From NCBI GenBank assembly GCA_963700285.1, contig CAVOXA010000022.1, positions 1 to 64,000 on the forward strand: a stretch of DNA of 64,000 nt, in the 5' to 3' direction. The stretch comes from an uncultured Chloroflexia bacterium (GTDB lineage: Bacteria; Chloroflexota; Anaerolineae; JAAYZQ01). The notes under the pieces were generated by a model that was not told the origin of the DNA, did not search any database, and was given only the letters and a program-made list of their open reading frames with translations. Positions 11,926 to 23,306 of this stretch are shown here, piece by piece (positions within the stretch are counted from its first letter, which is position 1; every line of letters begins with the position of its first letter). The translations under genes were made by a program, and so were the position numbers.

Positions 11926-12210
11926 ATGGCCCGAGTTGGCGTGCGTGAACTCAAGAATCAGGCGACAGAGATCATCCGCAATGTGCGGGAAAACCAGGCG
12001 GAGTATCTGGTCACCTACCGCGGGAGGCCGGTTGCCGTCCTTTTGCCCGTAGATGAGGCGTGGCTGGCGACGGAGGCGAGACGAGCTGCCGAGACCGTGA
12101 CGCCGAGCGATGACGTGTGGGCAGAACTGGAGGCTCTTCGGGAGGAGATCGACCAGAGCTGGCAGTCGGAAAAGACAGCTGTCGAGCTGGTCTCCGAGCA
12201 GAGGCGATAG
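11926..12210 (+). CDS. Phd/YefM family antitoxin
   Basis: MARVGVRELKNQATEIIRNV...YLVTYRGRPVAVLLP. Confidence 0.9.
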   Translation: MARVGVRELKNQATEIIRNVRENQAEYLVTYRGRPVAVLLPVDEAWLATEARRAAETVTPSDDVWAELEALREEIDQSWQSEKTAVELVSEQRR

Positions 12211-12220
12211 GCGGGCCACC

Positions 12221-12652
12221 ATGTATGTCATCGATGCCAGTGTCCACGTGGCCGATGCCCGGCCCCAGGAGCCCTATCATGCGGAGGCTCGAGCGCTGAT
12301 GGCACGGGTAGCAGCACGAAACCTGCCTGTCTTGCTACCTGAGATCGTCCTTGCCGAGGTTGCAGCGGGTATCTCCCGCGGCACGGGACAGATAGCCTTG
12401 GCTCAGCGGCTGGTCGGGGTTCTGCGGAGAGTGCCTCAGTTCCGATTTGTTCCCGTGGAGCATACCCTCGGGGACCTGGCAGCCGAGATTGCGGCCAGTC
12501 ACCAGATTCGTGGCTGCGATGCCCTGTACGTAGCTCTGGCCCAACAATGGGATGCAATACTCATTACACTGGATCGCCAGCAGCGGGAGCGAGTCCCCAC
12601 GTACATTATCGCTCGGAGCCCCGCTGAAGAGCTGGCTCAAATGGACCGGTAG
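12221..12652 (+). CDS. vapC: VapC/PIN-domain toxin
   Basis: YVIDASV, LAEVAA, IRGCDALYVALA, LITLD PIN acidic residues. Confidence 0.9.
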   Translation: MYVIDASVHVADARPQEPYHAEARALMARVAARNLPVLLPEIVLAEVAAGISRGTGQIALAQRLVGVLRRVPQFRFVPVEHTLGDLAAEIAASHQIRGCDALYVALAQQWDAILITLDRQQRERVPTYIIARSPAEELAQMDR

Positions 12653-12691
12653 GCTTCACAAAGGCAGAAGGTGGATGCGGAGGAACCACCA

Positions 12692-14738
12692 ATGAACCTT
12701 GACTCTTTGGACCGCAAGTTGGCAGACGCCTTTCCCGGCCGCGTGGTGCGCAAGGACCTGGTGCGCCAGACCAAGACCGGCTTCAACGTGCCCGTCTACG
12801 TGCTGGAATACCTGCTGGGCCAGTACTGCGCCTCGACCGACCCCGAGGTGGTGCGCCGGGGCCTGGAGTACGTGCGCGACACCCTCAGCCGCAACTACGT
12901 CCGCGCCGACGAGAGCGAAAAGATCAAGGCCATCACCCGCCAGAAGGGCCGGCATCGCATCATCGACAAGGTCAAGGTCCGCCTGCGATACCAAGGCCAA
13001 CCGTTTCTGGGCCGAGCTGATCAACATGGGCGTCCGCGACGCCGTCATCGCCGATGAAGTGGTGCACCAGTACGACAAGCTGCTGATGGGCGGCATCTGG
13101 GCCATCGTCGACCTGGAGTACGATCCCGAGTTCCAGATCGGCGGGGCGACGCGCCCTTCATCGTCGATGCGCCTCAAGCCGATCCAGCAGCCGACCACCG
13201 ACCTGGACGAGTACGTGCGCGGCCGGGCCGCCTTCACCACGGGACGAGTGGCTGGACGTCCTGCTGCGCTCGCATCGGCCTGGAGCCGACCCATCCCGAT
13301 TTCACCCTCCGCAAGAAGCTGCTCATCCTGGTGCGCCTGATGCCGATGGTCGAGAGCAACTACAACCTGATCGAGCTGGGTCCGCGCGACACCGGCAAGA
13401 GCTACGTCTACCGCGAGATCTCGCCCTACGCCATCCTCATCTCCGGCGGGCAGACCACCGTGGCCCAGCTCTTCATGCACCTGGGCACCGGGCGTATCGG
13501 CCTGGTGGGTCTGTGGGACGTGGTCGCCTTTGACGAGGTGGCCGGCGTGCGCTTCAAGGACCCCGGCGGCGTGCAGATCCTCAAGGACTATATGGAGTCG
13601 GGCAGCTTTTCCCGGGGCAAGGAGGAGGTGCCGGCCGAGGCATCCATCGTCTTTAACGGCAACATCGACGGCGACATCAAGACGCTCGTCAAGACCTCGC
13701 ACCTGCTCCAGCCTCTGTCCGAGCAGTTGCAGGACCTGGCCCTCATCGACCGCCTCCACTTCTACCTGCCCGGCTGGGAGATGGACAAGATGCGGCCCGA
13801 TTACTTCACCTACCACTATGGCTTCGTGGTGGACTATATCACCGAGGTGTGGCGCGGGCAGCGCAAGACCAGCTACGCCGATGCCATCGACCGGGACTTC
13901 AGCCTGGGCAGCCACCTCAACCAGCGCGATGTGCGGGCCGTGCGCAAGACCGTCTCCGGCTTGATCAAGCTGCTGCACCCTGACGGACAGTTCACCCGCG
14001 AGGAACTCGAGACCTACCTGGAACTGGCGCTGGAGGGCCGGCGGCGGGTCAAGGAGCAGTTGCGGCGCATGGGCGGGCTGGAGTTCTGGGCCGTGAACTT
14101 CTCCTACCTGGACCTGGAGACCCGCCAGGAGACCTTTGTCGCCGTGCCCGAGCAGAGCGGCGGGCGGTCTGATCACGCCGGGCCAGCTCGACCCAGGCGT
14201 GACCTTCACGGTGGGCACCGACCAGGCGGATGGCCGGCTGGCCATCTTTCGCGTCGAGGTGCAGGCCCTCAAGGGCAACGGCCGGCTGCGTGTCACCGGC
14301 GCACCATCGCGGGCCATACGCGACGCAATCCAGACCGCCCATACCTATCTGTCCTCCCACGCTGCCAACCTCGGCCTGGGCAAGAACCCCGCCGAGTACG
14401 ACCTGCACGTCCAGTTGGTCAACCTGATGCAGTCCAAGGAAGGCAGCGAGACTGGCGTAGCCTTTTTCGTCGCGATGGTCGGCGCACTGCTCGACAAACC
14501 GGTGATGGAGTCGCTGGTGGTGCTGGGCGAGATGAGCCTGCGCGGTGGGTTGCTCAAGGTGGGCAGCCTCACCGAACGGCTGCAGCTGGCCATGGACAAC
14601 GGAGCTAAGCGGGTGCTGCTGCCGGCTGAGAACAAGCGGGATTTTGCTGACATCCCCACCGAGGTACTGGACAAGCTGCAGATCATCTTCTATTCCGATC
14701 CGATCAACGCTGCATTCCGGGCGATGGGGGTGGATTAA
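12692..14738 (+). CDS. brxL: BREX BrxL (AAA+ with Lon-like C-terminal domain); frameshifted
   Basis: FPGRVVRKDL, NVPVYVLEYLLGQYC, Walker A GPRDTGKS, VAFDEVAG, LKDYMESGSFSRG, C-terminal FYSDPINAAFRAMG. Confidence 0.93.
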
Positions 14739-14739
14739 C

Positions 14740-14900
14740 CTTGGGGTTCAGGATCAGGATGGAGGCCAGGCATGCTCCGCGCACGCTGCCTGGAAACCGT
14801 TCACAAACTGCGCCTGACTTGGCTGCGTCCGCCTTCTTCACGCCATACGGCGTCCGCAGTACCTCAATCCCGGTCCCCGCCCGGGCCAACGCATTTGGAT
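14740..14900 (-). pseudogene. Degenerate integrase-core (rve-like) transposase remnant
   Basis: GTGIEVLRTPYG...GAVCERFPGSVRGACLASILIL resembles the (K/R)TPxxxPxANAxCERFxGSVRRECLDHILI segment of IS integrase cores. Confidence 0.6.
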
Positions 14901-15138
14901 CCAGCCGTCTAGGTGCAACGCACCTCCTTGGATGGCCGCCGCAGGGCCATCCAGGCGCGGGTTCTGTGGAATTCTGGGGATTCACTAGGGTGCCAAGGTG
15001 CGTTGCACCTGCAGTTCACGCCAAGCTCCGTCTCCAAATCGCGAGGCGTGTCGTGGCCAGGGGCACACACAAGGACACTGAGACACTGAGACACTAGCCG
15101 CTGCCCTAGACAGCACCACCACCACCCCGGCCATTCCT

Positions 15139-15167
15139 TTGCACTCAATTTGCTTTTCGTGTATAAT
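15139..15167 (+). promoter_or_regulatory. Sigma70-type promoter of the moeA operon
   Basis: TTGCAC-17 bp-TATAAT. Confidence 0.65.
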
Positions 15168-15262
15168 GCGCCAAGACTGTGGTTGCGGATGAGACAGGGC
15201 CGTTGCCTTGCAGAGCCGTTGCCACGATCGGTTCCATCCCAAAATGAGGAGCAGCCAGGCAA

Positions 15263-16531
15263 TTGATTAGCGTAGAAGAAGCCTTGGCCGAGATCCTGAG
15301 CCACGTGGCAGCCGCTGGAAGCGGAGCGGGTGGCCATCCTGGACGCCCTGGGCCGGGTTCTGGTCGAGGAGATTGTTTCCGATATCGAGATCCCACCTTT
15401 TGACAATTCGGCCATGGATGGCTATGCCGTGCGGGCCGCGGACGTGGCCGGGGCGACCCCCGAGGCGCCGGTGGCCCTGCACGGTCGCCGGCAGCGTGGC
15501 CGCGGGCTATGTGACCGGGGCGCAGGTGGAGCCGGGGACGACCATTCGCATCATGACCGGCGCGCCGATGCCGGCCGGGGCGGATGCCGTGGTCCCCTTC
15601 GAGGACACCAGCGATTTTGACCGCTCCAAGGAGGAGCGGCTGGCCAGCCCGGCAACCGAGATCGAGGTCCGGCAGCCCCTCCAGCCCCGGGATCACGTCC
15701 GGCCGGCGGGCGAGGACGTGCGCCTGGGCGAGCTGGTGATGGCGCCGGGCAGGTTGATCCGCCCGCAGGAGATCGGGGTGCTGGCCTCTCTGGGGCACGC
15801 GACGGTGCTGGTCCACCGCCGGCCCAGGGTGGCCATCCTGGCCACCGGCGACGAGCTGCTGGAGGTGCACGAAGCCTCTGGCGCCGGGCAAGATCCGCAA
15901 CTCTAACGAGTACACCAACGCCGCCCTGGTGACGCGCACGGGCGGCATCCCTATCCGGCTGGGCATCGCCCGCGACACGGTCGTGGAGCTGACGGCCAAG
16001 ATCCGCAGTGGGCTGGAGCAGGGGGCCGATCTGTTTCTCACCTCGGGCGGCGTGTCGGTGGGCGACTATGACGTGGTCAAGGACGTGCTGGGTACCGAAG
16101 GGCGAGATGCAGTTCTGGCAGGTGCGCATGAAGCCGGGCAAGCCGCTGGCCTTTGGGCTGCTGGCGGGCGGCGTGCCCCTCATCGGCCTGCCGGGCAACC
16201 CGGTGTCGGCCATGGTCTCCTTCGAGCAGTTTGCGCGGCCGGCAATCCTCAAGATGCTGGGCCACACCGACCTGGCCAAGCCGACGGTGCGGGCCATCCT
16301 GGACGAGCCGCTGACCAACAGCGGGCGGCGGGGTTTTGTGCGCGTCGATCGTGACCCGGCGCGAGGGCGAGCTATCACGCCCGCACGACGGGCGAGCAGG
16401 GCTCGGGGGTGCTGACCTCCATGGCCAAGGCCAACGGCCTGGCGGTGTCCCAGAAGGGATCTACCGGCTGGAGGCGGGCAGCCGCGTCGACAGTGCAGAT
16501 GCTGGACTGGCCAGAGGGAACGGGCGCATGA
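15263..16531 (+). CDS. moeA: Molybdopterin molybdotransferase (frameshifted)
   Basis: ISVEEAL, PPFDNSAMDGYAV, IMTGAPMP, TGDEL, TSGGVSVGDYD, MKPGKP, LPGNPVS. Confidence 0.92.
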
Positions 16532-17037
16532 GCGGGGGCACGGGACGTACCCGTCGTTTCGCTGGTGGGCAAGTCGGGCGTGGGCAAAACCACGGCCCTG
16601 GAGCGCGTGATCCGCGAGATCAAGCGGCGGGGCTACCGGCTGGGTACGGTCAAGCACGACACCCATGGCTTTGACGTGGACAAGCCGGGCAAGGACTCCT
16701 GGCGCCACGCGCAGGCAGGCAGCGATGCGGTCGTCATCTCTGGGCCGCGCAAGATGGCCCTCATCCGCCAACTGGACGGAAGAGATGCCCCTGGACGAGA
16801 TCGTCGTCGCTGATGGGCGACGTGGATCTGGTCATCACCGAAGGCTACAAACGGGGCGACAAACCCAAGATCGAGGTGACCCGCCAGGAGCGGGGGACCG
16901 AGCTGCTGTGCCAGGCCGAAGAACTGATCGGCATCATGACCGACTATCCGGTGGACATGCCGGTGCCGCAGTTTGCCCTGGACGATGCAGCGGGCGTGGT
17001 CGACCTGCTGGAGAAGCTCTATTTGCGACACTGCTGA
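16528..17037 (+). CDS. mobB: Molybdopterin-guanine dinucleotide biosynthesis protein B (frameshifted)
   Basis: GKSGVGKTT, VKHDTHGFDVDKPGKDSWRH, DLVITEGYK. Confidence 0.9.
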
Positions 17038-17049
17038 GGAGGCCGAAGG

Positions 17050-17314
17050 ATGACGCACATTATTTGCCGGGCATCCACTTGTCTGTTTTGGGAGCAGGGC
17101 GTCTGCGGCTCGGAAGAGATCGAATACGAGCCGGACATTGGCTGCCTGACTTTCCAGGATATCGGGCGACCTCGAATTGGCCGAGGAGGACGAGGAGGAC
17201 CTTGACTGGGACGATTCGGACGCCGAGCTCTTTGACGAGGATGACGACGACGACGATGACGATGACTGGGAGGAAGAGGACGACGACTGGGAGGACTGGG
17301 AAGACCGCGTCTAG
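17050..17314 (+). CDS. Small Cys-motif protein with very acidic Asp/Glu/Trp tail (DUF1540-like); frameshifted
   Basis: MTHIICRASTCLFWEQGVC...GCLTF, then EEDEEDLDWDD...DDDDDDDWEEEDDDWEDWED. Confidence 0.6.
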
Positions 17315-17454
17315 CACCTGACCCTGCCAGGGTGCTGGGCGGCGATGCTGGGCCAGAGGGCAGCGGGGCGCGGGTGCGCTGGCTATCAAGACCTCCTGGA
17401 CCGTGTACGAGTCGTCCTTGCCCCGTTCCCGGCCAGGTCAGAGGAGCGTGCGAT

Positions 17455-19447
17455 TTGACAACCAAAGCGGCGGATCTACTCTTGACCAACGGCCTGGTCG
17501 TGACGATGAACGCCCTGGGGGACCTGATCACCCCAGGGCGCTGTTGCAATTGCAGGGGCGTGACATTGTGGCCGTGGGGCCCGCCGACGAGATTCTGGCC
17601 GAGTGGCAGGCGCCCGAGGTGGTGGACTGCGAGGGCGCGGCCATCCTGCCCGGCCTGATCAACGCCCACAGCCCACGTGCCGATGAGCCTGCTGCGCGGC
17701 CTGGCCGACGACCTGCGCCTCGACGTGTGGCTGTTTGGCTACATGCTGCCCGTCGAGCGCGAGTTCGTCAGCCCCGAGTTTTGCCGCTGGGGCACGCTGC
17801 TTTCGTGCGCCGAGATGATCCGCTCCGGCGTGACCTGCTTTGCCGACATGTACTATTACGAGGACGAGGTGGCCGCGGCCGCCGCCGAGGCCGGGATGCG
17901 GGCCGTCTGCGCCGAGACGATGATGAAGTGGCCCACGCCCGACGCCGAGAGCTATGACGAGAGCCTGGCTCTCTGCCGGGATTTCATCGAAGCCTGGAAG
18001 GACCATCCGCTGGTCACCCCGGCCGTCGGCCCCCACGCCCCCGAGACGAGCACGCCCGAGCTGCTGCGCGAGTCGGCGCGGCTGGCGGTCGAGTACGATG
18101 TGCCCTTGCTGATCCACATCGCCGAGACGGCCATCGGGGTCGAGGAGACCCGCGATCTCTACGGCCTGTCGCCGGTGGAGGCGCTTGCAGGAGCTTTGGT
18201 GTGCTGGAGGCCCAGGTGCTGGCTGCCCACTGCGTGCACATCACGCCTGACGGAGCGGGCGACTCCTGGCCCGAGCACGGCGTGGGCGTGGCCCACAACC
18301 CGACCAGCAACCTGAAGCTGGCCAGCGGCATGGCCGATGTGGTGGGCATGCTGGAGGCCGGGATCGCCGGTGGGCATTGGCACCGACGGCCAGGCCAGCA
18401 ACAACGATCAGGACATGTTCGAGGAGATGCGGCTGGCGGCGCTGCTGCCCAAGGGGATGACGCTGGATCCGACGGCCGTCCCGGCGCGGCAGGCGTTTGC
18501 CATGGCGACCATCGACGGCGCCCGGGCGCTGGGCCTGGACGACGATCATCGGCTCGCTGGAGCCGGGCAAGCGGGCCGACATCGCCGTGCTGGACCTGGA
18601 CCGCGTGCACAACGTGCCCGCATTTCGACCTGTCGCCCGACAACGTCTATTCGCAACTGGTCTACGCCGCCAAGGCCCACGACGTGCAGCACGTGCTGAT
18701 CGACGGCCGCTGGGTGATGCGCGACCGGGAACTGCTGACCCTGGACGAGGCCCAGGTGCGGGCCGAGGCGCAGCGCATCGCCACCCAGGTGGGCGCCTTC
18801 CTGGCCCGCCGCGAGCAGAGCCTGCTGGACAAGCTGGTGGCCCTGGGCACGCTGCAGTGGACCGAGACCTACGAAGTGCAGGTCAAGGTCTGGGTGCCCG
18901 ACGAGGAAGCGCTGTCTGGCGCGCCTGCTGGACTGCCCAGAGGTGATGGTCATCAAGCCCAGCGAGCGCAAGCAGTACGACACCTACTTTTTCTTTGACG
19001 ACCCCGAGGAGCGGCATCATCCGCTACCGGGAGGATTACTTGCTGGACCGGGGCATGGAGGTCAAGCCGATCTACAACCTGACGCTGCGCGGCCCACCGG
19101 GAGCGCGAGTACGCCGACTCGGTGCTTCTGTCCCGCTCGCGTTTCACGGCCGACGCGGACCGCAGCCTGCGTTTCTACCGCGAGTATTTTCAGCCCAGGA
19201 CGAGAGAAAGGTGGACAAGATCCGGCGCCGCTGGCGCATCAAGTACAAGGGCGTGGATTTTGCCCTGAACCTGGACCGCCTGATCCAGCCACCCTCGGAG
19301 CGAAGTCTACCTGGAGCTCAAGGCCCGCACCTGGAGCAAACACGACGCGCTGCAAAAGGCGGAGATGATCTCCGAGCTGCTCGACGTGCTGGCGGTGGAC
19401 AAGGCCGCACCTGGTCCAGGACGAGTACGTAGTCGTTCTGAGTGCTG
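17455..19447 (+). CDS. MTA/SAH deaminase-like amidohydrolase fused to a C-terminal CYTH-like domain (frameshifted; end approximate)
   Basis: [52 protein letters not shown]; then [29 protein letters not shown]. Confidence 0.8.
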
Positions 19448-19480
19448 AGCTCAGCATCGACTGGCAGAGTTGAGGCTCAG

Positions 19481-20340
19481 ATGACAGCTCGAGTCCGTCC
19501 TATTGCACGGCGAATTGCCGAGTTCACGCCTGTCGAGGCGCTGCAGCGCCAGGTGTGGGCCATGCCCGACGACCTGGAGGTGGTGCCGCTGCACCTGCTG
19601 GTCACGGCGCAGCGGAACGGCGGGCTGCTGCTGGGCGCCTTTGACGGCGACGACCTGGTGGGTTTTGTCTTTGGCTTCCCCGGCTTGACCGCCGAGAGGG
19701 CAGGATCAAGCACTGCTCGCACATGATGGGCGTGCGCCCCGGCCTATCAGAGCCGCGGCGTCGGCTACCAGCTCAAGCTGGCGCAGCGGGCGTATGTCCT
19801 GGACCAGGGGCTCGACCTGATCACCTGGACCTACGATCCCCTGGAGAGCCGCAATGCCTATCTGAACATCCACAAGCTCGGTGCGGTGTGCCGGACCTAC
19901 ATCCGCGATCTACTACGGTCCGCTGGCCGATGGGCTGAACGCGGGCCTGCCCTCCGACCGCTTTCAGGTGGAGTGGTGGCTCGAGCGAGCGGGTGCAGCG
20001 GCTGGCTGAGCGGGCTGAGGCGCCGCCGGTGTCCGGACCCTTGTCGCGGCGAACCGCGTGTCTGGAACCGCGCAAGTGGCCATCCGCGCCGGGCAACCTC
20101 CACCTCGAGCCCGTCCAACGCTTCGCATGGTCACGTTTGAGATCCCGGCCGACTATCAGGCCGTCAAGGCGGCCGATCCCGATCCTGGCCCTGGACTGGC
20201 GGCTGGCGACGCGGGCGGTGTTTGAGGCCTACTTTGGCCGCGGGATACATTGTGGCCGACTTTGCGTCAGTCTTGAGGAGAGCGGGAGACGTCGCAGCGT
20301 TATATGCTCCGCAAGCATGCAGGATCTGAAGGCAGAGAGC
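19481..20340 (+). CDS. GNAT acyltransferase (putative D-amino acid N-succinyltransferase); frameshifted, end approximate
   Basis: [61 protein letters not shown]. Confidence 0.75.
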
Positions 20341-20343
20341 GGC

Positions 20344-21454
20344 ATGCGCATCGAACAGATCGAGATCCGTCACCTGGAACTGCCGCTGGTCCACCCCTTT
20401 GAGACCAGCTTTGGCCGCGAGGAGGTGCGCCAGACGATCCTCGTCGCCGTCCGGAGCGACGGGCTGACCGGCTGGGGCGAGGCGGCCACCTCGGCCGGGC
20501 CGTGGTACGAGTACGAGACGGTGGAGACCTGCTGGCACGTGCTCGCGCGACTTTCTGGGGCCCCGGGTCGTGGGCCAGGAGGTATCGACGCCGCGAGGAT
20601 GCGGCCCGCCTGATGGCGCCGGTGCGGGGCCACAACATCGCCAAGATGGGCCTGGAGGCGGCGGTCTGGGACCTGTTGGGCCAGGCGCAGGGCCGGTCGG
20701 TCTCGCAGCTGCTGGGCGGCACGCGCGACCGGGTGCCGGTCGGGGTCAGCATCGGCGTGCAGGACTCGGTGCCGGCCCTGCTGGATCGCATCGGCGACTT
20801 TTGGGAGCCAGGGCTACAGCCGCATCAAGATCAAGATCAAGCCGGCTGGGACGTCGATGTCGTGCGCCAGGTGCGCCAGCGCTTTCCCGACGTGCCGCTC
20901 ATGGTCGACGCCAACTCGGCCTATACCCTGGCCGATGCCGACCATCTGGCGGCGCTGGACGAGTTCGATCTGATGATGATCGAGCAGCCGCTGGCCTACG
21001 ACGACCTGGTGGACCACGCCGAGCTGCAGCGGCGGCTGCGCACGCCCATCTGCCTGGACGAGAGCGTGCCCTCGCTGGCGGCGGCGCGGGCGGCGCTGGC
21101 CCTGGGCAGCGGGCGGATCATCAACATCAAAGCCGGGACGCGTCGGCGGGCTGACCGTGGCCCGGGCCATCCACGACCTGTGCCGGGCGCAGGACGTGCC
21201 GGTGTGGTGCGGCGGCATGCTGGAGACGGGCATCGGCCGGGCGCACAACGTGGCCCTGGCCAGCCTGCCCGGTTTTACCCTGCCGGGCGACATTTCGGGC
21301 AGCGCCCGCTACTTCCACCAGGACCTCGTCGAGCCGGCCTTTGTGCGTCAACGACGACGGGACCATGACCGTGCCGACCGGGCCGGGCATCGGGGTCGAG
21401 GTTGTGCTGGAGCGGGTGACTGCTGCGACAGTGCGCAAGGAGATCCTCTCCTAA
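20344..21454 (+). CDS. menC: o-succinylbenzoate synthase / N-succinylamino acid racemase (enolase superfamily); frameshifted
   Basis: PFETSFG, RIKIKIKP, MVDANSAY, IEQP, CLDES, WCGGMLETGIGRAHN, LPGDISGSARYF. Confidence 0.85.
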
Positions 21455-21688
21455 CGCGAATTGACGATGCCCGAAGTACTTTGCGTGAACTGGCGGGCCT
21501 CTTTGGCCCGCCAGTCCTGCGTGTTAAGGCTATCCTTCCAGAGGCAGGATGGCACCCACCACGAAATGCTCAGCCTGCGCCTCGCCGGCAAGCCGGCCAA
21601 CCCAGCCAGGCCAGCGCGCTGGCAGTTAGGTAGCAGCCTGGTAGGCTACCCTTCCTCCAAGCACGGTCATCCTTTGGAAAAGCGCGCA

Positions 21689-22216
21689 CTAGGAGCGAGT
21701 CCCAATCCCAGATTCCCCAAGCATCCCCACCAGGTCGTCCACCTGCTGGGCGACGGTCTGGCCCCGGCTGGTGTCGTAGGTGATGTTTGCAAAGCTCAAG
21801 TACAGGTCCTGGTGTTCCCGCCAGATGGTCTGCAGATCCTCTTCCAGGCTGGTGCCGGCGTGGACCCGGGGCCGGTCCTGGGGGCGCACGCGGTCAGCCA
21901 GAACCCCCAGGTCCGCCAGCAGCAGGATGTTGACCCCGGTCCCGGCCAGCACGTCGCGGTTCCATTCGTAGCGCACGGTGCCGCCGCCCAGGCCGATCAC
22001 CGTGCGGTCCTTGGCGGCGAACCCCTTGCAGATCTGGTACTCGTACTGGCGGAAGGCCAGCCAGCCCTCCTCCTGGACCACGGCGTAGAAGGGCTTGCCC
22101 GCCAGGGCGGCCATGGCCAGATCCAGGTCGTCGAATTCCCAGTCAAGCCGTGCAGCCAGTTCCCGGCCAACCGTTGTTTTGCCAGCCCCGATGAGGCCCG
22201 AGAGGTAGATGTTCAT
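21689..22216 (-). CDS. aroK: Shikimate kinase-like P-loop kinase
   Basis: GLIGAGKTTVG, DLD, GWLAFRQYE, GLGGG, RPRV. Confidence 0.75.
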   Translation of the reverse strand: MNIYLSGLIGAGKTTVGRELAARLDWEFDDLDLAMAALAGKPFYAVVQEEGWLAFRQYEYQICKGFAAKDRTVIGLGGGTVRYEWNRDVLAGTGVNILLLADLGVLADRVRPQDRPRVHAGTSLEEDLQTIWREHQDLYLSFANITYDTSRGQTVAQQVDDLVGMLGESGIGTRS

Positions 22217-22241
22217 GATAAAGTCAGTTGCACGTGGCAGC

Positions 22242-23104
22242 CTAGATGTACTTGCGTACGATGGGATCGAGGCGTTCCAGCGTCTCGGCCGGGATCAGGT
22301 CGCGCTGGGTGATCATGGCCATGGACAGGGCCTGGCCGCAGTCGCAGGGACGCTCGTCGGGCAGCCGCGAGACCAGTTCGGCGATGGCCCTCTTGGACAG
22401 CGCGGCGTTGGCCATCAGGTTCTCGATGAGCATCTCGACGTTGACGGCCTCTTCCTCCTCGTGCCAGACGTCATAGTCGGTGACGTGGGCCATGGAGGCG
22501 TAGCAGATCTCGGCCTCGCGGGCGAGCTGGGCCTCGGGCACGGTCGTCATGCCGATGATGTCGACGCCCCAGGTGCGATAGATGTTGCTCTCGCCGCGGG
22601 TGCTAAAGCGAGGGCCCTCGATGATGATAAAGGTGCCGCCCATGTGCACCGTGCCGCCGGCCGCTTGGGTCGGCCTGGCCCAGGGCTTCGCGCAGCTGGG
22701 GGCAGAAGGGGTCGGCGATGCCGATGTGGGCCACGAGACCCTCGCCGAAGAAGACTGAGGTCGCGCTGCTTGGTGTTGTCATAAAGCTGGTCGGGGATGA
22801 CGACGTGGCGCGGCTCGTAGCGCTCGCGCATGCTGCCGCAGGCGCTGAGGGAGATGATGCGCTCGACGCCCAGGCTCTTGAGGGCCCAGATGTTGGCCCG
22901 GTAGGGCACCTCGGTGGGGGTCAGCCGGTGGCCGCGACCGTGGCGGGACAGGAAGGCGATGCGCTTGCCTTCCAGGGTGCCGAGGACGATCTTGTCGGAT
23001 GGATCGCCAAAGGGGGTGGGGATGTGCCGCTCCTCGACGTCGGTCAGGGCTTCCATCTCATAGACGCCGGATCCGCCAATGACGGCTAGTTTGACCTCAC
23101 TCAT
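22242..23104 (-). CDS. mtnP: 5'-methylthioadenosine phosphorylase (frameshifted)
   Basis: VIGGSGVY, TPFGDPSD, SRHGRGH, YRANIWALK, EGPRFSTRGES, GMTTVPEA, VTDYD. Confidence 0.9.
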
Positions 23105-23146
23105 GCCTCTGTCCTCCTCGCTGGTGGTCTGTCGTGTGCTGAGGGG

Positions 23147-23175
23147 ATTATAACAAAAGGCGGAGGTTGTTGCAA
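23147..23175 (-). promoter_or_regulatory. Sigma70-type promoter of mtnP
   Basis: Minus strand TTGCAA-17 bp-TATAAT with extended TG. Confidence 0.6.
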
Positions 23176-23209
23176 GTGTCAAAGGGCCGGGTCCGAGGCC
23201 CTCGACCAG

Positions 23210-23306
23210 GTAGGGCAAGTTGGTAACTTGCCTGGTTCATGGACAAGATGCCATCTTGTCCTGCGCGAGCCTTTAGAGGAGTGGACAAGATGGCATCTTG
23301 TTCTAC
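23210..23306. repeat. GTAG-type REP cluster (three hairpins)
   Basis: GTAG-GGCAAGTTGGTAACTTGCC; GGACAAGATGCCATCTTGTCC; GGACAAGATGGCATCTTGTT-CTAC. Confidence 0.7.

Noticed and set aside
14136-14738. Separate active Lon protease
   Set aside because: It is the frameshifted BrxL C-terminal domain; the Lon catalytic Lys position reads TERL.
1-23104. Mass pseudogenisation or programmed frameshifting
   Set aside because: Indels affect defence and housekeeping genes alike while motifs stay intact, which is typical of low-coverage long-read error; decay of individual genes cannot be excluded.
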